From Fistulifera solaris (lineage: Eukaryota): 64,000 nucleotides of DNA. The position numbers were made by a program, and so were the translations under genes. Below the pieces are notes generated by a model, which saw only the letters and a program-made list of their open reading frames with translations, searched no databases and had not been told where the DNA came from. The first letter of the stretch is position 1; every line of letters begins with the position of its first letter. Location: assembly GCA_030295235.1 (NCBI GenBank), contig AP026131.1, positions 124,001-188,000 of the forward strand, given 5' to 3'. Positions 11,095 to 23,128 of the stretch are shown piece after piece.

Positions 11095-12444
11095 ATGTCA
11101 TCAAAGCGACGCGTCGTAGTCACAGGAATAGGCGCAGTGACGCCGTTGGGCATAACCTTTGTCGAAACCTGGAGACGGCTGTTGCAACACGAATGTGGCA
11201 TCACAACACTAGAGCAAGCGCTACTTGCTCAAGGAGATGTGGTTCGTGACGCAGAATGGAGTCTAGCTCGTCAATTGCCGTGTAAAGTTGCCGCTCCTGT
11301 TCTGAATTACACTTCACCGCCCTCTAGAACAACCAGTCGGTTCGTTCAGTTTGCCTTAGATGCGACACGAGAAGCGATTCGTGAAGCCAAGCTTGACGAA
11401 TGGTTACCAAAGCCCTCATCAGAGGACGCGAACTTGAATGAGGTTTCAGACGATAAAACCAGTAGCGAGGAGAGACGATACCGTGTGGGTGTATCGATAG
11501 GCAACGGCATGTCGTCCGTTCGAGAGATTGTGAACGGAGCAGAAACGATTCAAGAACACGGTTTACGAAAGCTTTCTCCGCATTTTGTTCCCAAAGTATT
11601 GGGAAACAGTGCGGCGGGTCGTGTATCTATCGAAATAGGGGCCAAGGGTCCCATTTTATGTGCTGCTACGGCGTGTGCCGCTGGAGCGCATGCCATTGGT
11701 GAAGCATTTCGTTGTATACGCGACAATCAAGCCGATGTTATGATAGCCGGCGGAGCCGAAGCCTGTATTGATGCTTGGTCGCTTTCTGGATTTTCTCGTT
11801 TACGAGCACTCAGCACTGCGTTTAATGATAATCCGACATTGTCGTCACGTCCGTTTGATGCCGAGAGAGACGGTTTTGTTATGGGAGAAGGGGCTGCTGT
11901 TGTGGTACTGGAAGAAATGGTTCATGCATTGGAGCGATTGGGACGATCTAGTGCGAACGGAATGATAGAGCTTGTTGGGTACGGTTTGACGGGAGACGCG
12001 TACCATGCGACTGCTCCAGATGCGCAAGGGAGAGGAGCGGAACGTGCCATGGAAATAGCTTTGAGAGAACTCGGGAATACGCCTATCGATTACGTCAACG
12101 CGCATGCAACCTCCACACCAAAAGGTGACGAAATCGAAGCTTTAGTATTGGATCGATTAGTGAATAAATATCAGCGCGATCGCCCAGTCTATGTCAGCAG
12201 TACCAAAGGAGCGACCGGACATTTGCTCGGTGCAGCAGGGGCCCTCGAAGCTGCGATAGCCATTCAAGGGCTGCAACAGAATACTATTCCAGCAACATTG
12301 AATTTGTTGGAGACCGATAGCAACTATTCTTCCTTCCACCACGCACGTGAGACAATCACGTCATCGTCTCTTCATGTCGCGGTCAGCAACAGTTTTGGAT
12401 TCGGTGGAACAAATGCTTCGCTTGCTTTTCGCAAAGTAGACTAG
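11095..12444 (+). CDS. 3-oxoacyl-ACP synthase II (FabF/OXSM-like, probably mitochondrial KAS)
   Basis: RRVVVTGIGAVTPLG, TACAAG (catalytic Cys), SRPFDAERDGFVMGEG, NAHATST, STKGATGHLLGAAG, SNSFGFGGTN. Confidence 0.95.
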   Translation: MSSKRRVVVTGIGAVTPLGITFVETWRRLLQHECGITTLEQALLAQGDVVRDAEWSLARQLPCKVAAPVLNYTSPPSRTTSRFVQFALDATREAIREAKLDEWLPKPSSEDANLNEVSDDKTSSEERRYRVGVSIGNGMSSVREIVNGAETIQEHGLRKLSPHFVPKVLGNSAAGRVSIEIGAKGPILCAATACAAGAHAIGEAFRCIRDNQADVMIAGGAEACIDAWSLSGFSRLRALSTAFNDNPTLSSRPFDAERDGFVMGEGAAVVVLEEMVHALERLGRSSANGMIELVGYGLTGDAYHATAPDAQGRGAERAMEIALRELGNTPIDYVNAHATSTPKGDEIEALVLDRLVNKYQRDRPVYVSSTKGATGHLLGAAGALEAAIAIQGLQQNTIPATLNLLETDSNYSSFHHARETITSSSLHVAVSNSFGFGGTNASLAFRKVD

Positions 12445-12600
12445 ATTTCACTTTTTATAGTTAATACTATACGAATCTCGAAGTAGATACGTGCGATACG
12501 TGAAAATTACAGCTTTTTTCTCAAGCCAAATGAAATAACTACACTTCTACACGTAATGGAAAGATTTTCTTTGCCTCGGTTGTATACTATCTTAGTTCAA

Positions 12601-14726
12601 CTATGCCCCTTTCTTGAAGTAATCGATGGCTTTCTTTCGTTTTTGTACGTTTGAATTGCGGGGCGCAGTCACTTTTTGTTTCTAAGAATGCCTTTTTCTG
12701 GGGAGCTAACGCGCGACGGTGGCACAATCATATCACGCAAGCCTTTCATGGACGCTTTCCAAGAGCGAAACAAATTGGTCTTTCCAAATTTGACGCGCTT
12801 GTTGTCGCTGGAGCTATCTTCGGAACTAGCTTTGCGCTTCTTCTTTAGTTGATCGCCTATTTCTTTTCGAAAGCTCGTTTGGCCTTGAGTTGGTCCTGAA
12901 TCGAAATCGTTATTTCCTCAGACTGGCCAAGAATATCGCTGTCATGATTGTCTTGGGTGTTTGTCTTTTCGGACGCTTTCGTTTCTTCTTTTCGCCTTCC
13001 GATGTACTAGTTTGCTCAGCCGTTACACTCTCCTTTTGGTTTCCCCAACGCCTTTGTCGGGACTTTTCGAAGTTTTCTGTTCATCAACTCGCTTGTCCAT
13101 ATAAATCTTCTTTTTCGTTTCCTCTACTGATACCTCGGATTCTTGCAAAGTTTGTAGCTCTTCTGCTTGTTTCTTCCCCTTCTTCTTCTTCTTCTTTTTG
13201 TCGCGCTTTTTATCTGTCTCGATATCTTCTTCCATTTCAGTGTCCTCTTGTTCATTCTCTTCTCTTTGTTCGACAAGGACGTCTTGCGGTTGGAAATCAT
13301 CTTTGCTGTGAACCAGTTCGTCCTCATCATCCGCATGCGCGTCCAGGGGAACATCTTTGCCTACTTTCTTGAGCCTGCGATAGTATAATTTATTCAAGCC
13401 ATAAAGCTTTTTCCTATGACAATCAAGCGTAGCCCCGTCGCTGGCCACATCGAAAATGAATTTTGATACCGAGCCAACATGAACCTGATCAAGAATGAGT
13501 TCTTTCCCTTCATCGCTATCGCTGTTAAGGTAAGTCTCGGAAAGAACGCTGTGCTCCTCTAAAAATTTCTTCATGATCTTTTCCATAACTCGCTCATGAA
13601 TAAGCGTTTCGGAAATTTGCAACAAACTGAAATATGGCTCCAAGCAATCGAGAAACGTGGCTTCTGTGAGAGTCATGGGTGCAGAAGCATTGACCTTCGC
13701 TAATTCTTCCATGGTAATATCAATCAGATGGTATCGGATGCCGTTCGGCGTTTTTGACAGAACCTCTTCAAAGATGGTGTCATTGAAGAGTCGAATGATA
13801 CCCAGGCTCCAATGACGTTTCGCCATGTACTGAAAGCTCTCGCGCAGTAGGAATCGAGTCAAGGTGTAGAACTTATCGATTCTGTACTTGTCCATATTTC
13901 CCCATTCACGACGAAGCGTGGCAAAGTACGTTCTCAGGAACAAAGAGGCAAGATGGGCCCCGCGGCAGTGACGAATTTCCGAAACATCTTCAGTGTCGCT
14001 CTCGTCATGTTCCGGTTCAGCACCATCCTCCGACTCCCCTTCAGAAAAACTATTGCCTCCGTTGTCGTCTGATTCTTGATCATCATCATCTTCTTCTTCT
14101 TCCTCGTCTTCATCTCCGAGCGTGTTCGAGATTTCTTCCATGGTCACTTCGTAGCTATCATCACTCTCTGAGGCATCATCAGCATCCACCATTTCGTCGT
14201 GATCGTGTTCTTCACAGTCCTCATCACACCCGTTATCTGTCATATTCATGTAAGCCGTAGCGGCGTATTCGTCCTCTTCTTCGGTTCCTTCAAAACACCA
14301 AATCAGACTCGCAATCTGTGCACTCAGCTCTTCTTGCACGGGTGCCTTGTCTGCCATGTACAACGTGTACCACAATCCCTTCCACAATTTGAGCAAATCC
14401 ATTTCTGAAAGTCCATCTTTATCAATATCGCAGCGCGCCTTAAGATACGCTCGTAACTGCAAAACGGCAGCATGACGAGCTCGTTGGTCGGTCCCACCCA
14501 AAAGACGGCCCAACTTGATGGTCGAAGGATCTTGTAAAGGAAGACTCGCCATTTCTTTCGGCTTCAACAAACCCGCCGTACGCACATAAGCTTTCGCGCG
14601 CTGTTCCGGATTTCGAATGTTGGGATGCTGAGGCCAGCGATTCTTGTCCGATTTTTTGAGTTTCTCGTGGCGCGCTCGCTTTGTAGGAGGTTCCGCTCCG
14701 GCGGCTGCATCAGCTTCCGTCGTCAT
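12601..14726 (-). CDS. RRP1: RRP1/Nop52 ribosomal RNA processing protein; frameshifts in the Lys-rich C-terminal region
   Basis: LLKLWKGLWYTLYMADKAPVQEEL, REWGNMDKYRIDKFYTL, PNGIRYHL. Reconstructed tail ends RKKAIDYFKKGA*. Confidence 0.85.
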
Positions 14727-15147
14727 GACTTTTTTAAAGAATTAAGGTGAATAGATGAACGAAAGAAAAACAATAGATGATACAAACTTCACTTTCGTCT
14801 CGAATCAAATGAAGTTTTACGCAGAAAATAGAATGTTGATAGGTCGAAAAAGAATGGATGGCTTTGAGGTCAAAAGTGAACTGAAGCAGTTCTACACAAA
14901 TAGCTATACCACAACGACGTATCGTACTTATAAACCGCGCGCCGCTGCGGTACTACTGTATTTCAATGATCGCACCGGCAACCGTCTGACCTTCCTCCGA
15001 AAAAGATCCGCATTTTTTCTCCACCAACAAAACGAAACACTCGTTTATTATCACGACAAGCGACATGAGCCTTTACTCATCTTTTCTTTCAAAGAAAACG
15101 ACAAAAAAGCAACGCTTAACCAAAATTTGGCAGAGTAGAATTTTATC

Positions 15148-16059
15148 ATGAAGGAGAAGAAAAAAAGATAAAAAGAGAAAGCGGTCGGAAGTAGAAGGAA
15201 GCGACGACAATGCGTCAATCGACGATGACAAAGAAAAACGTCGAGCCCGTAGAGAAGAACGCAAGCAGTGGCTCGAGAAAGTACCCAAAGTCGACGAACA
15301 CGGTATTGCATATACAAAGCTACAGCTCCGACGAATGGCGAAGCGAATGGCTCGAGGATTGGATCCTATTGAGTCCGAAGCTGAAAAACAGGAACGACTG
15401 AAAAGTGAAGCGGAACTTCGGCGAGAAGAGCAGGATGAACTGGAGGGGATTATCCGTAAGCCTATTCCACGTGAAAAAGAAGACTCGGGACATGAAGCAG
15501 AAGAAAGTGACAATGAGAGGGAAGAATCGCGTGATGCCCAACGGAACGTCAACATGGCTAAACACGAAAGTATTGAACCCCAAACTGTATACAAAAACAA
15601 ACGAAAGAAAGAAGTACCCGAAGACTATGTTTGCTCCGCTTGTCAAAATAAACACACTCCTGTTCACTGGATCTATGACTGCCCGAGCAAAAGACCATTC
15701 GTGGAACCAACCAGCTGTCAAAGAAACTGCGCGGACTGCACAATCCTTCCGCCACAAAAGTATTCGTATCAGGACTTCCTTTTTCCATGACATCGAAAGA
15801 ATTAAAGGACCTTTTTGAAAAGGCTTCCGGCCCAGTAGCCCGTGCGAAAGCCATTACCTTTCCCGATTCGGGAAGGTGTAAAGGACAAGGCATTGTTACG
15901 TTTCAAGATGAAGAAGGTGCTCGCAAGGCGTTAACGGCTATGAATGGGAAACAGCTGGATGTGGCCGGAGACTCGAAAAAGGGCGGAAAGCAATTGCAAC
16001 TCAAGGTTACAAAGGTTCTCAACAGAAAAGTGTCGAAGCAACGAAGTGCGTCTAATTAA
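15148..16059 (+). CDS. RRM protein with a zinc-knuckle-like CxxC..HWIYDC motif; frameshifted
   Basis: VPEDYVCSACQNKHTPVHWIYDCP in ORF 15335..15790. RNP1-like CKGQGIVTF and ARKALTAMNG in ORF 15787..16059. Lys-rich N-terminus from ATG 15148. Confidence 0.65.
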
Positions 16060-16413
16060 TTATTGGGCTGTAAAGCTAGAAACGAAGTAGTATTGTGTAT
16101 TGAGTATTGTGTGTGTAAGGACTTACTTCTTTGTAAATGGAGTCGTTTGTCGTCTAGACTAGCAAGTACCGTACTCCAAGGCCGTTATTCATGAACGCTC
16201 TTTCTCGATTTATCTTGGCTTTTTTAAAGATAGAAGAACTCAGCGCCAAGCCAGTGATTTGAGGAATTGGCTACAGGCGATACCAGGGTGTTCCAAGTCG
16301 CTCATTACTCTGTATACACTAACACGTGAAAAGAAGACAATTGATATGATCTCTTATAAACTGCTTTACCAACTAGGAACTTTTGCGTGGCACGTACTAA
16401 TCCGCAAACTTTC

Positions 16414-16917
16414 CTAAAGCAATTTGACGCAAATGAATGATTCTCGGCAGAAGTATTCAGTTTTCTGAACACAGTCAGTTCGGAATGTCTTGCCGACCCA
16501 AATGCAGACTTCATCGGCACCACCACCACAGTCAGAAGAGGACTTGCATTCTCCATTGCACTGACCAGTGTTACCACCAGTGCAGTAAGGGTTTCCTTCA
16601 ATACTGACGGCACATTCTCCCTGAACACCGCTCGATCCCGTGCAAAATGTCAATGTTTCGAAGCCATCCTTGCACTGCCACTCGCTGTTGGCACAGTTGC
16701 AGCCATCTCTCTCAGGTCCGCTGCAATTGGGGCGTCGGCGGATCTCATCGCAAAGTCCGAAAGGCAGTTTGGTATTGCCGATGGGACCAGGGAGGAACAA
16801 GTTTTCACGTTCGATGCTGCTCTCGTCGTACCCGACAACAGCCGACACGGAAGAAGCGGATGCAGCAAGCAGGACCGCAAGAAGGGACCATTTCTGGGAG
16901 AAGATAGTAGAAACCAT
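16414..16917 (-). CDS. Secreted small Cys-rich protein
   Basis: Signal peptide (WSLLAVLLAASASSVSA) and about 15 Cys in about 140 aa. The 3' end may be frameshifted. Confidence 0.7.
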   Translation of the reverse strand: MVSTIFSQKWSLLAVLLAASASSVSAVVGYDESSIERENLFLPGPIGNTKLPFGLCDEIRRRPNCSGPERDGCNCANSEWQCKDGFETLTFCTGSSGVQGECAVSIEGNPYCTGGNTGQCNGECKSSSDCGGGADEVCIWVGKTFRTDCVQKTEYFCRESFICVKLL

Positions 16918-17894
16918 GTTTGAATAGTTAGTTAGCAACAGCAAGAGCAAACAAGAGAAGAATTATGAAGCAATGCCGGGAAATTGAGCGTGAAGTCATG
17001 AGATGATTTGCGGAGAGTCCAGTGAAAATTTTCAGCGATTGACATTATTGTGTACGAACATAATCTTTATTTAAGTCGGGGCTCGATTGTTTGGCGCCAA
17101 ATCGAGCGTTACATAGTGTTTACGACCTAATAAGTTGCCGTTGATTTTTTTAAAATTTATCCGATACCAGCTAAATAAATTGATATTCGTGCATTCCAAC
17201 AGTACGCTCGCAGAAATTTACAGCATTGGTGCTACTTTCTATCTCTATGTGTGTCATCGCAAGTCATGCAAAAGATGTCGTGGACACGGGCTATGGGCTT
17301 TAATGTAGCATGTGGATCAGTTTTGGTCCCAACGGATCGTTTTCCCTTCCATCGGCTTCTGATTTTTCAGGCTTGTTTCGGAAATAGTAACGACAACGCC
17401 GGCATGTGACAGTGTTATCTTGAACTGTAAAAGAAGATTGTTCTGCATCAGTGAAGAAGCTGGGCTCGCGTGTAAAGAGATGGGTGGAATTTTCCGCGCG
17501 CCGCTTATTGTGACGTGGCTCGCTTAACACTGACGCCTGCCTCATGACTCATGACTTGACTTCCTCGTCACGCGCAAGATCGTCGGCTTACAGGTCGTCT
17601 TTTTGATAAGAATCTAGACCAACAAACTTTGTTCAAATAGTAGTCAGCAGCATTTGCAATCAACGCATCCCCAATGGTCAACATCTCGATAATGAATGTA
17701 CAAAGCTTGTTTATTTCTTTTGAGAACCCTGATGAATAGTGCTCTTCACAATTTACGAAAGACACCACGTGTAGGCTCCCCTTCATTCTTACCGCGACTC
17801 TTCCGTTCTCTTGTAGAGAAAAGACGTAATCAAAGGCGACGTTTTGTTTTTGTGGAAGGCATCGCAACAAATGAACAATTGTTATTTCCTTGTG

Positions 17895-19113
17895 ATTCAT
17901 GGCAACTGTTCAATCCAGTCTTGGATGGCGTAAACCAACACTCCGTTTCATAGTGAAAAATCAAGGTGTCGATCCTAGGATTTTTTCGACTTGAAAATAA
18001 CAGAAACACTTAACAAGTAGTTCAGAATCATCATTGTTGCGTCTTTATTTACCCGTAATTATAATTATATTCGCAGCCGAATGACAATGGACGGATGCGA
18101 GAGACGCAAAACGGAACCCCTTGTTGTTCGGCTCATGACTGTTGACTACTCTACAATCCAGTCTTGGAAGGCGTAAACTAACACTCCGTTTTATAGTGGA
18201 AAATCAAGGTGTCGATCCTCGGATTTTCGACGTGAAAAGTAGCTCAGAATCATCATTGTTGCGACTTTAGTTACCCGTAATTATAATTATATTCGCAGTT
18301 GAATGACAATGGACAGATGCGAGAGACTCAAAACGGAACCCTATGTTTTTGCTGTTCAGTTCATGACTACCGCTCAATCTAGTCTTGGCTGGCGTAAACC
18401 AACACTCCGTTTCATAGTAGAAATCCAAGGTGTCGATCCTCGGATTTTCGACGTGAAAATTAAAGAAACTCTTGGCAGATAATTCAGAATCATCATTGCT
18501 GCGACTTTATTTACCCGTAATTATAAATATATTCGCAGTTGAATGACAATGGACGGATGCGAGAGACGCAAAACGGAACCCCTTGTTGTTCGGTTCATGA
18601 CTGTTGACTACTGTACAATCCAGTCTTGGAAGGCGTAAACTAACACTCCGTTTCATAGTAATAATCCAAGGTGTCGATCCTCGGATTTTCGACGTGAAAA
18701 GTAGCTCAGAATCATCATTGTTGCGACTTAAATTACCCGTAACAATAATTATATTCGCAGTTGAATGACAATGGACAGATGCGAGAGACGCAAAACGGAA
18801 CCCCTTGTTGTTCGGTTCATGACTCATGACTACTGTACAATCCAGTCTTGGCTGGCGTAAACCAACACTCCGTTTTATAGTGGAAAATCAAGGTGTCGAT
18901 CCTCCGATTCGACGTGAAAAGTAGCTCAGAATCATCATTGTTGCAACTTTATTTACCCGTAATTATAATTATATTCGCAGTTGAATGACAATGGACAGAT
19001 GCGAGAGACGCAAGACGGAACCCCTTGTTGTTCGGTTCATGACTGTTGACTACTGTACAATCCAGTCTTGGCTGGCCTAAACCAACACCCCGCGTCATAG
19101 TGAAATTTCAAGG
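17895..19113. repeat. Tandem array of 5 full units plus a partial unit, 220-243 bp each
   Basis: Anchor CAATC(C/T)AGTCTTGG at 17911, 18154, 18375, 18616, 18838 and 19058. Spacings are 243, 221, 241, 222 and 220. Confidence 0.97.
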
Positions 19114-19189
19114 ACTTCACGAATTTTTCCTGTCCACTTTTTTTACGTCTCACATTCTTTTGCGAAACCCATGTATCTCTGTTGTTGTC

Positions 19190-20306
19190 ATGTCATCTAC
19201 GAGTATCTGTTCTGGATGTCAAAAGGAAGCGCATTTTGTAGACGGAGTGGTTGTTCCGTTGCAGAGGTGTTCGCGGTGCAAGAAAGTATTTTATCACGAT
19301 AGAATTTGTCAAGCAAGGCACTACAAACAGCATCGTGCGGCTTGTACGCTCGCATCCAATATGTCGGAGAACGAAGCGGCAACTGTTCAACATGATCGCA
19401 AAGAGATTTCGCTAAACGAATCAAAAGCAATTTATGAGGACGACCGATCTTTTTATTCTATACAGCATATTTCCGGCAAAGGAAAATCCTTGATTGCTAG
19501 AATCCCGCTCGATGCTGGCTCTTTTATACCAAGCAATCAAACCGAGGGTATTCTTCCGTTAGTCCACCCTGTTCTTTTTCAGTCATGTCGGAGGAGGCAT
19601 TGCACGTGGTGCTTCGAAGAGCTGTCGAGTTCTGAAACAGATACTATTATTTGATCACTCGGTGGTATCTTACATCATTTGTTCCCCAATTTGCCAAGAG
19701 CAAGCTAGTGCTGTGCTTGAGGACGAAATTCAAGCTCTCAAGTTTCTGTATTCATCGACGGGACAAACATTGGGACCGCCTGTGTTGCTTCCAACAGCGC
19801 TTTTGGTTTTTCGAATGATACACAGCGTAAAGAAAGGGATCGTCGACCAAGCACTCATGGAAGCGATGATATCACACAAAATCCCACTTTCCGATGATGC
19901 AACAATACACCAAGAGGCGATTGTTATTACTGTGAAAAGCTTGCTGCTTACTTCATCGATTCTCGATGTGGAAAATGATTTGATTATTCGCTTCCTTGGT
20001 TACGCGAAATACAACTCGTTTACAATAACTGACAACGGTGCTCCATTGGGTGTCGGCTTATTTCGCGACCCTGCCCATTTTATGAACCATTCGTGTCGAC
20101 CCAGTGCAATGCAGCTCTTTCAACTTCGGCCCGGTAGTGCGCCGATGCTTCGACTGGTTCTGACACGTGGGGTAGAAGCTGGTGAAGAGATTTGCATATC
20201 GTACAATACAGAGCAAATGAGCCGTCCGTCAAAAGAACGCCAAGAGGACCTGTTTCAAAACTACAACTTTTGTTGTAAATGCGAACTATGCCAAGAAGAC
20301 AATTGA
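19190..20306 (+). CDS. SMYD-like SET + MYND lysine methyltransferase; frameshift ~19650
   Basis: MYND finger CSGC..CSRCKKVFYHDRICQARHYKQHRAAC, SET-N GKGKSLIA, FMNHSCRP, GEEICISY and post-SET CCKCELC. One missing T in attatttgat joins the two ORFs. Confidence 0.85.
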
Positions 20307-20495
20307 ATACGTCGGTTTGTTTGTTTCGACATGCACTGAGAGCCGATTTAGAGTATTTCTCAGATTTTGTTCCGTGTGCGAGGTAAATCGACTGTAAATG
20401 GAGCTGAATCAATAACCCTAAAAGCAATCGCGCTGTTAAGTAAACCCATAGAAAAAGACGATCAAAAATGCTGAGTGTTAATAGTTTAACTTTCA

Positions 20496-22660
20496 TCATT
20501 GAACAGTAAGCCCTCGTCGTAGCTTGGGTTTTTGTTTGTTAACCAACTGCTTGGCATCTTTTGATGTCTTCGATGTAGGAGTGTTGAAAAGGCGCAATCC
20601 TCCGTAAACAGGTCGCGGAGAATGTAGATCTTCGCTCCGATCGCCCTGGCAGAGCCTACCTGACGCATTCCCACATGATAGAACCTCTCCTGTCTCACTG
20701 ACAAAAACGGAGCAGTCAAATCCTGCAACAGCCTCTATTATCGAATCAGACGCCTTGTCCTTTTGAAGCATATCATTTTCATCCGGCCGCTTAGGAAAAG
20801 ATAACTGGCACGGACTCCATTGGAACAGGTTTGTAGCATCTTCTTGCATTCCAGAGCTCGATATCCTTCCCCACGAGTAGACATTTCCTTTCTTTGTTGT
20901 GGCATGAACGTGATGCGCTCCCACGCTTACTTTGATTAAATGCTCTCTTTCGGAATTCGAAGGGAATGCAATTTCGGTTGGCTGAAACGCCTCTGGGTAA
21001 TCTTTTCCGAGACCGAGCATACCCTCTTCGCTGATACCGAATGAAAAGCACCGCCCATTGGAAGTTGTCACGAACGAGCATGCACGTCCGAGTGCAATCT
21101 GTGCTGGATATTCACCTGCGGCCAACATACTGGATGTCTTGGCATGCTTGTTAGAAGAACGCGACAGGGCTGCGACAAACGATGGGACGGGAACAACTCG
21201 CACTGGGGAAGGCGATGTCGATTCTACACTGTGCTTTCGTTGATCCATCGATGCTTGCAGGATCCCCAACGCACCATGCGTAGCATTTCCCCACGTATAG
21301 AGCTCGACGTCACCGGATTCGCGGCGAACTAATGCAGCCGAGTGCTCCGCCGACGCTTGTATGGAAAATATCCCATGTGGAGGTCCTATGTTGTCTGGAG
21401 AGGTATTGTGTTCTTGCGCAATTTGACATCGCAAGGCAACTCTTCGAGGCAGTATAACGTTCTCCATTTCGTCTTCCGAACCCGATTTGGAAAGTTTGGG
21501 GCTCACCAGACCAATTTTCATGTAGTCATTTCTGCCAAAGCCGTAAAGTTGGTGATGTATCTCTGATTTCGTGGATTCTTTCTCTCGCCGACGCGTTTGC
21601 GTCTTGTTCGGTTGCGATTTGATTAACCGTCTGACTTCCGTGGCAACCACTACGAGTGAATGATTGACACCTGCCGCACACGCAATCGCTTTTCCGCCGT
21701 TTTCCACGAGAGGCGTGACGATGGTAGGTCCATAAATATGTTCGGAAGTGCTCCCTCTGCCTTTTAATCCGATTCCTAATTGACCGTGGGTGTTCTTTCC
21801 GTATGAATAAAGCAAGCCGGCATTTGAAATAAGAAGCACATGTGATCCAAGCGGATTAGCAGAAAGTTGCGTGATTTTGATTTGGGCAAAAGCGGGCGCA
21901 AACGTCGGCACACCCGGTGTATCGATTTGAGTTAGGTCATCCGCACGAGTCGTCTCGTAGTTGTAGCTCGTTATTCTTTTTGTAGCTGATACACTTTCAT
22001 TGCAGTGTCTAGAAATGTCCTTGCCGCTAGCTAATGCCTGCGGCGATGATGGCAGCATATCGTTTCCGCCCTCGGCAAAATGAGAATAATCAAACGACAA
22101 AATAGGAATAATGCCCTCATCATCAAATGCGGATTCATCCAGACGTAAATTTCGAAACGCATGGTTCATATTGGAATCATACAACGTCCTTTTTTCGACA
22201 ATTCTTTCCGGCGAGACGGTATGCTTGCTTTTCCGGACCGCACTATCTGGAAAGACCTTCTTTTCGATACAACGGGTTCGGAATAAGGAGCCACTTGCGC
22301 AGGAGCACCACCCAGTAAACCTCCTCTCGGAATAGCTGTATTCGCATCGTTCCAGGGACTGCATAGCATTGCCGATTCGCCCAAATGGGTCGTCAAATCA
22401 TCACATTGTGCTTCACAACAAAGCATAGCAAGGTCGTCTTGACATTTCGATTCGGGTTCATCGCGAAAAGAAGAGCTCCGACATCGACTGATAAGAACAT
22501 CACCCGCCGAAGAAATCAGTATAGTTTCATTTTGCGACATTGCCACCATCGATGGAGTATAACAAGATAGATGAAGAGGACAACAAGCGGAAGGATATGA
22601 AAAGGTATTTTGCGCGATTTCGTGGCATTTTTCGAGATTGCTTTCGTCAACTTGTGTCAT
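20496..22660 (-). CDS. RCC1-repeat protein; frameshift ~22370
   Basis: Repeats LYSYGKNTHGQLG, AAGVNHSL, LYTWGNATHGALG, FGISEEGMLGLG, SVGAHH, VYSWG. Confidence 0.8.
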
Positions 22661-23128
22661 TCTAGCTCAGCACAGTCCTCTCTTCAGCAGTTGCGTTTAT
22701 AAAACCAGAAGAAACTGGGATGGACGATTAATGCAGGCTTCAGAAGTTACTTCACTCGCTTTGCTGGTTGGCCTACTTGTCGGTTTTATCGCGCAGCGTC
22801 GAATGTGTGTAAAAAAAGTTGGCAAGTTCGCAACCCTTGATCTACATGTCCAATGGCGCGATACGCGAGGCGCGTCAAGTACTCTTCTATGGAATGTAAA
22901 AGTCTCAAGCAACGGAAAAGTCTCGCACCAATGCGGCTTGGTCCCCATGCAACGTTATAGCTTTGTATCAAGGGCTTAAGACATGATAACGGTTTTAACG
23001 GCGATTGGGCTAGACGGTCCATATAGTGACTGACATTGTTTTCCAGTCACGAGACGCCGGATGCTGATGATCGTTCCGTCGCATTTTATTGTGCGCCGCA
23101 TTTATTTTTCTTCAGAGCAAAAAGCACC

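Noticed and set aside
17300..17953. Short ORFs just before the 220-bp array
   Set aside because: No recognisable motifs and conflicting strands; cannot be supported as genes.
17911..19060. C/D-box snoRNA cluster (minus-strand ATGATGA followed by CTGA)
   Set aside because: The box C and box D matches are only 2 nt apart, leaving no room for guide sequences.
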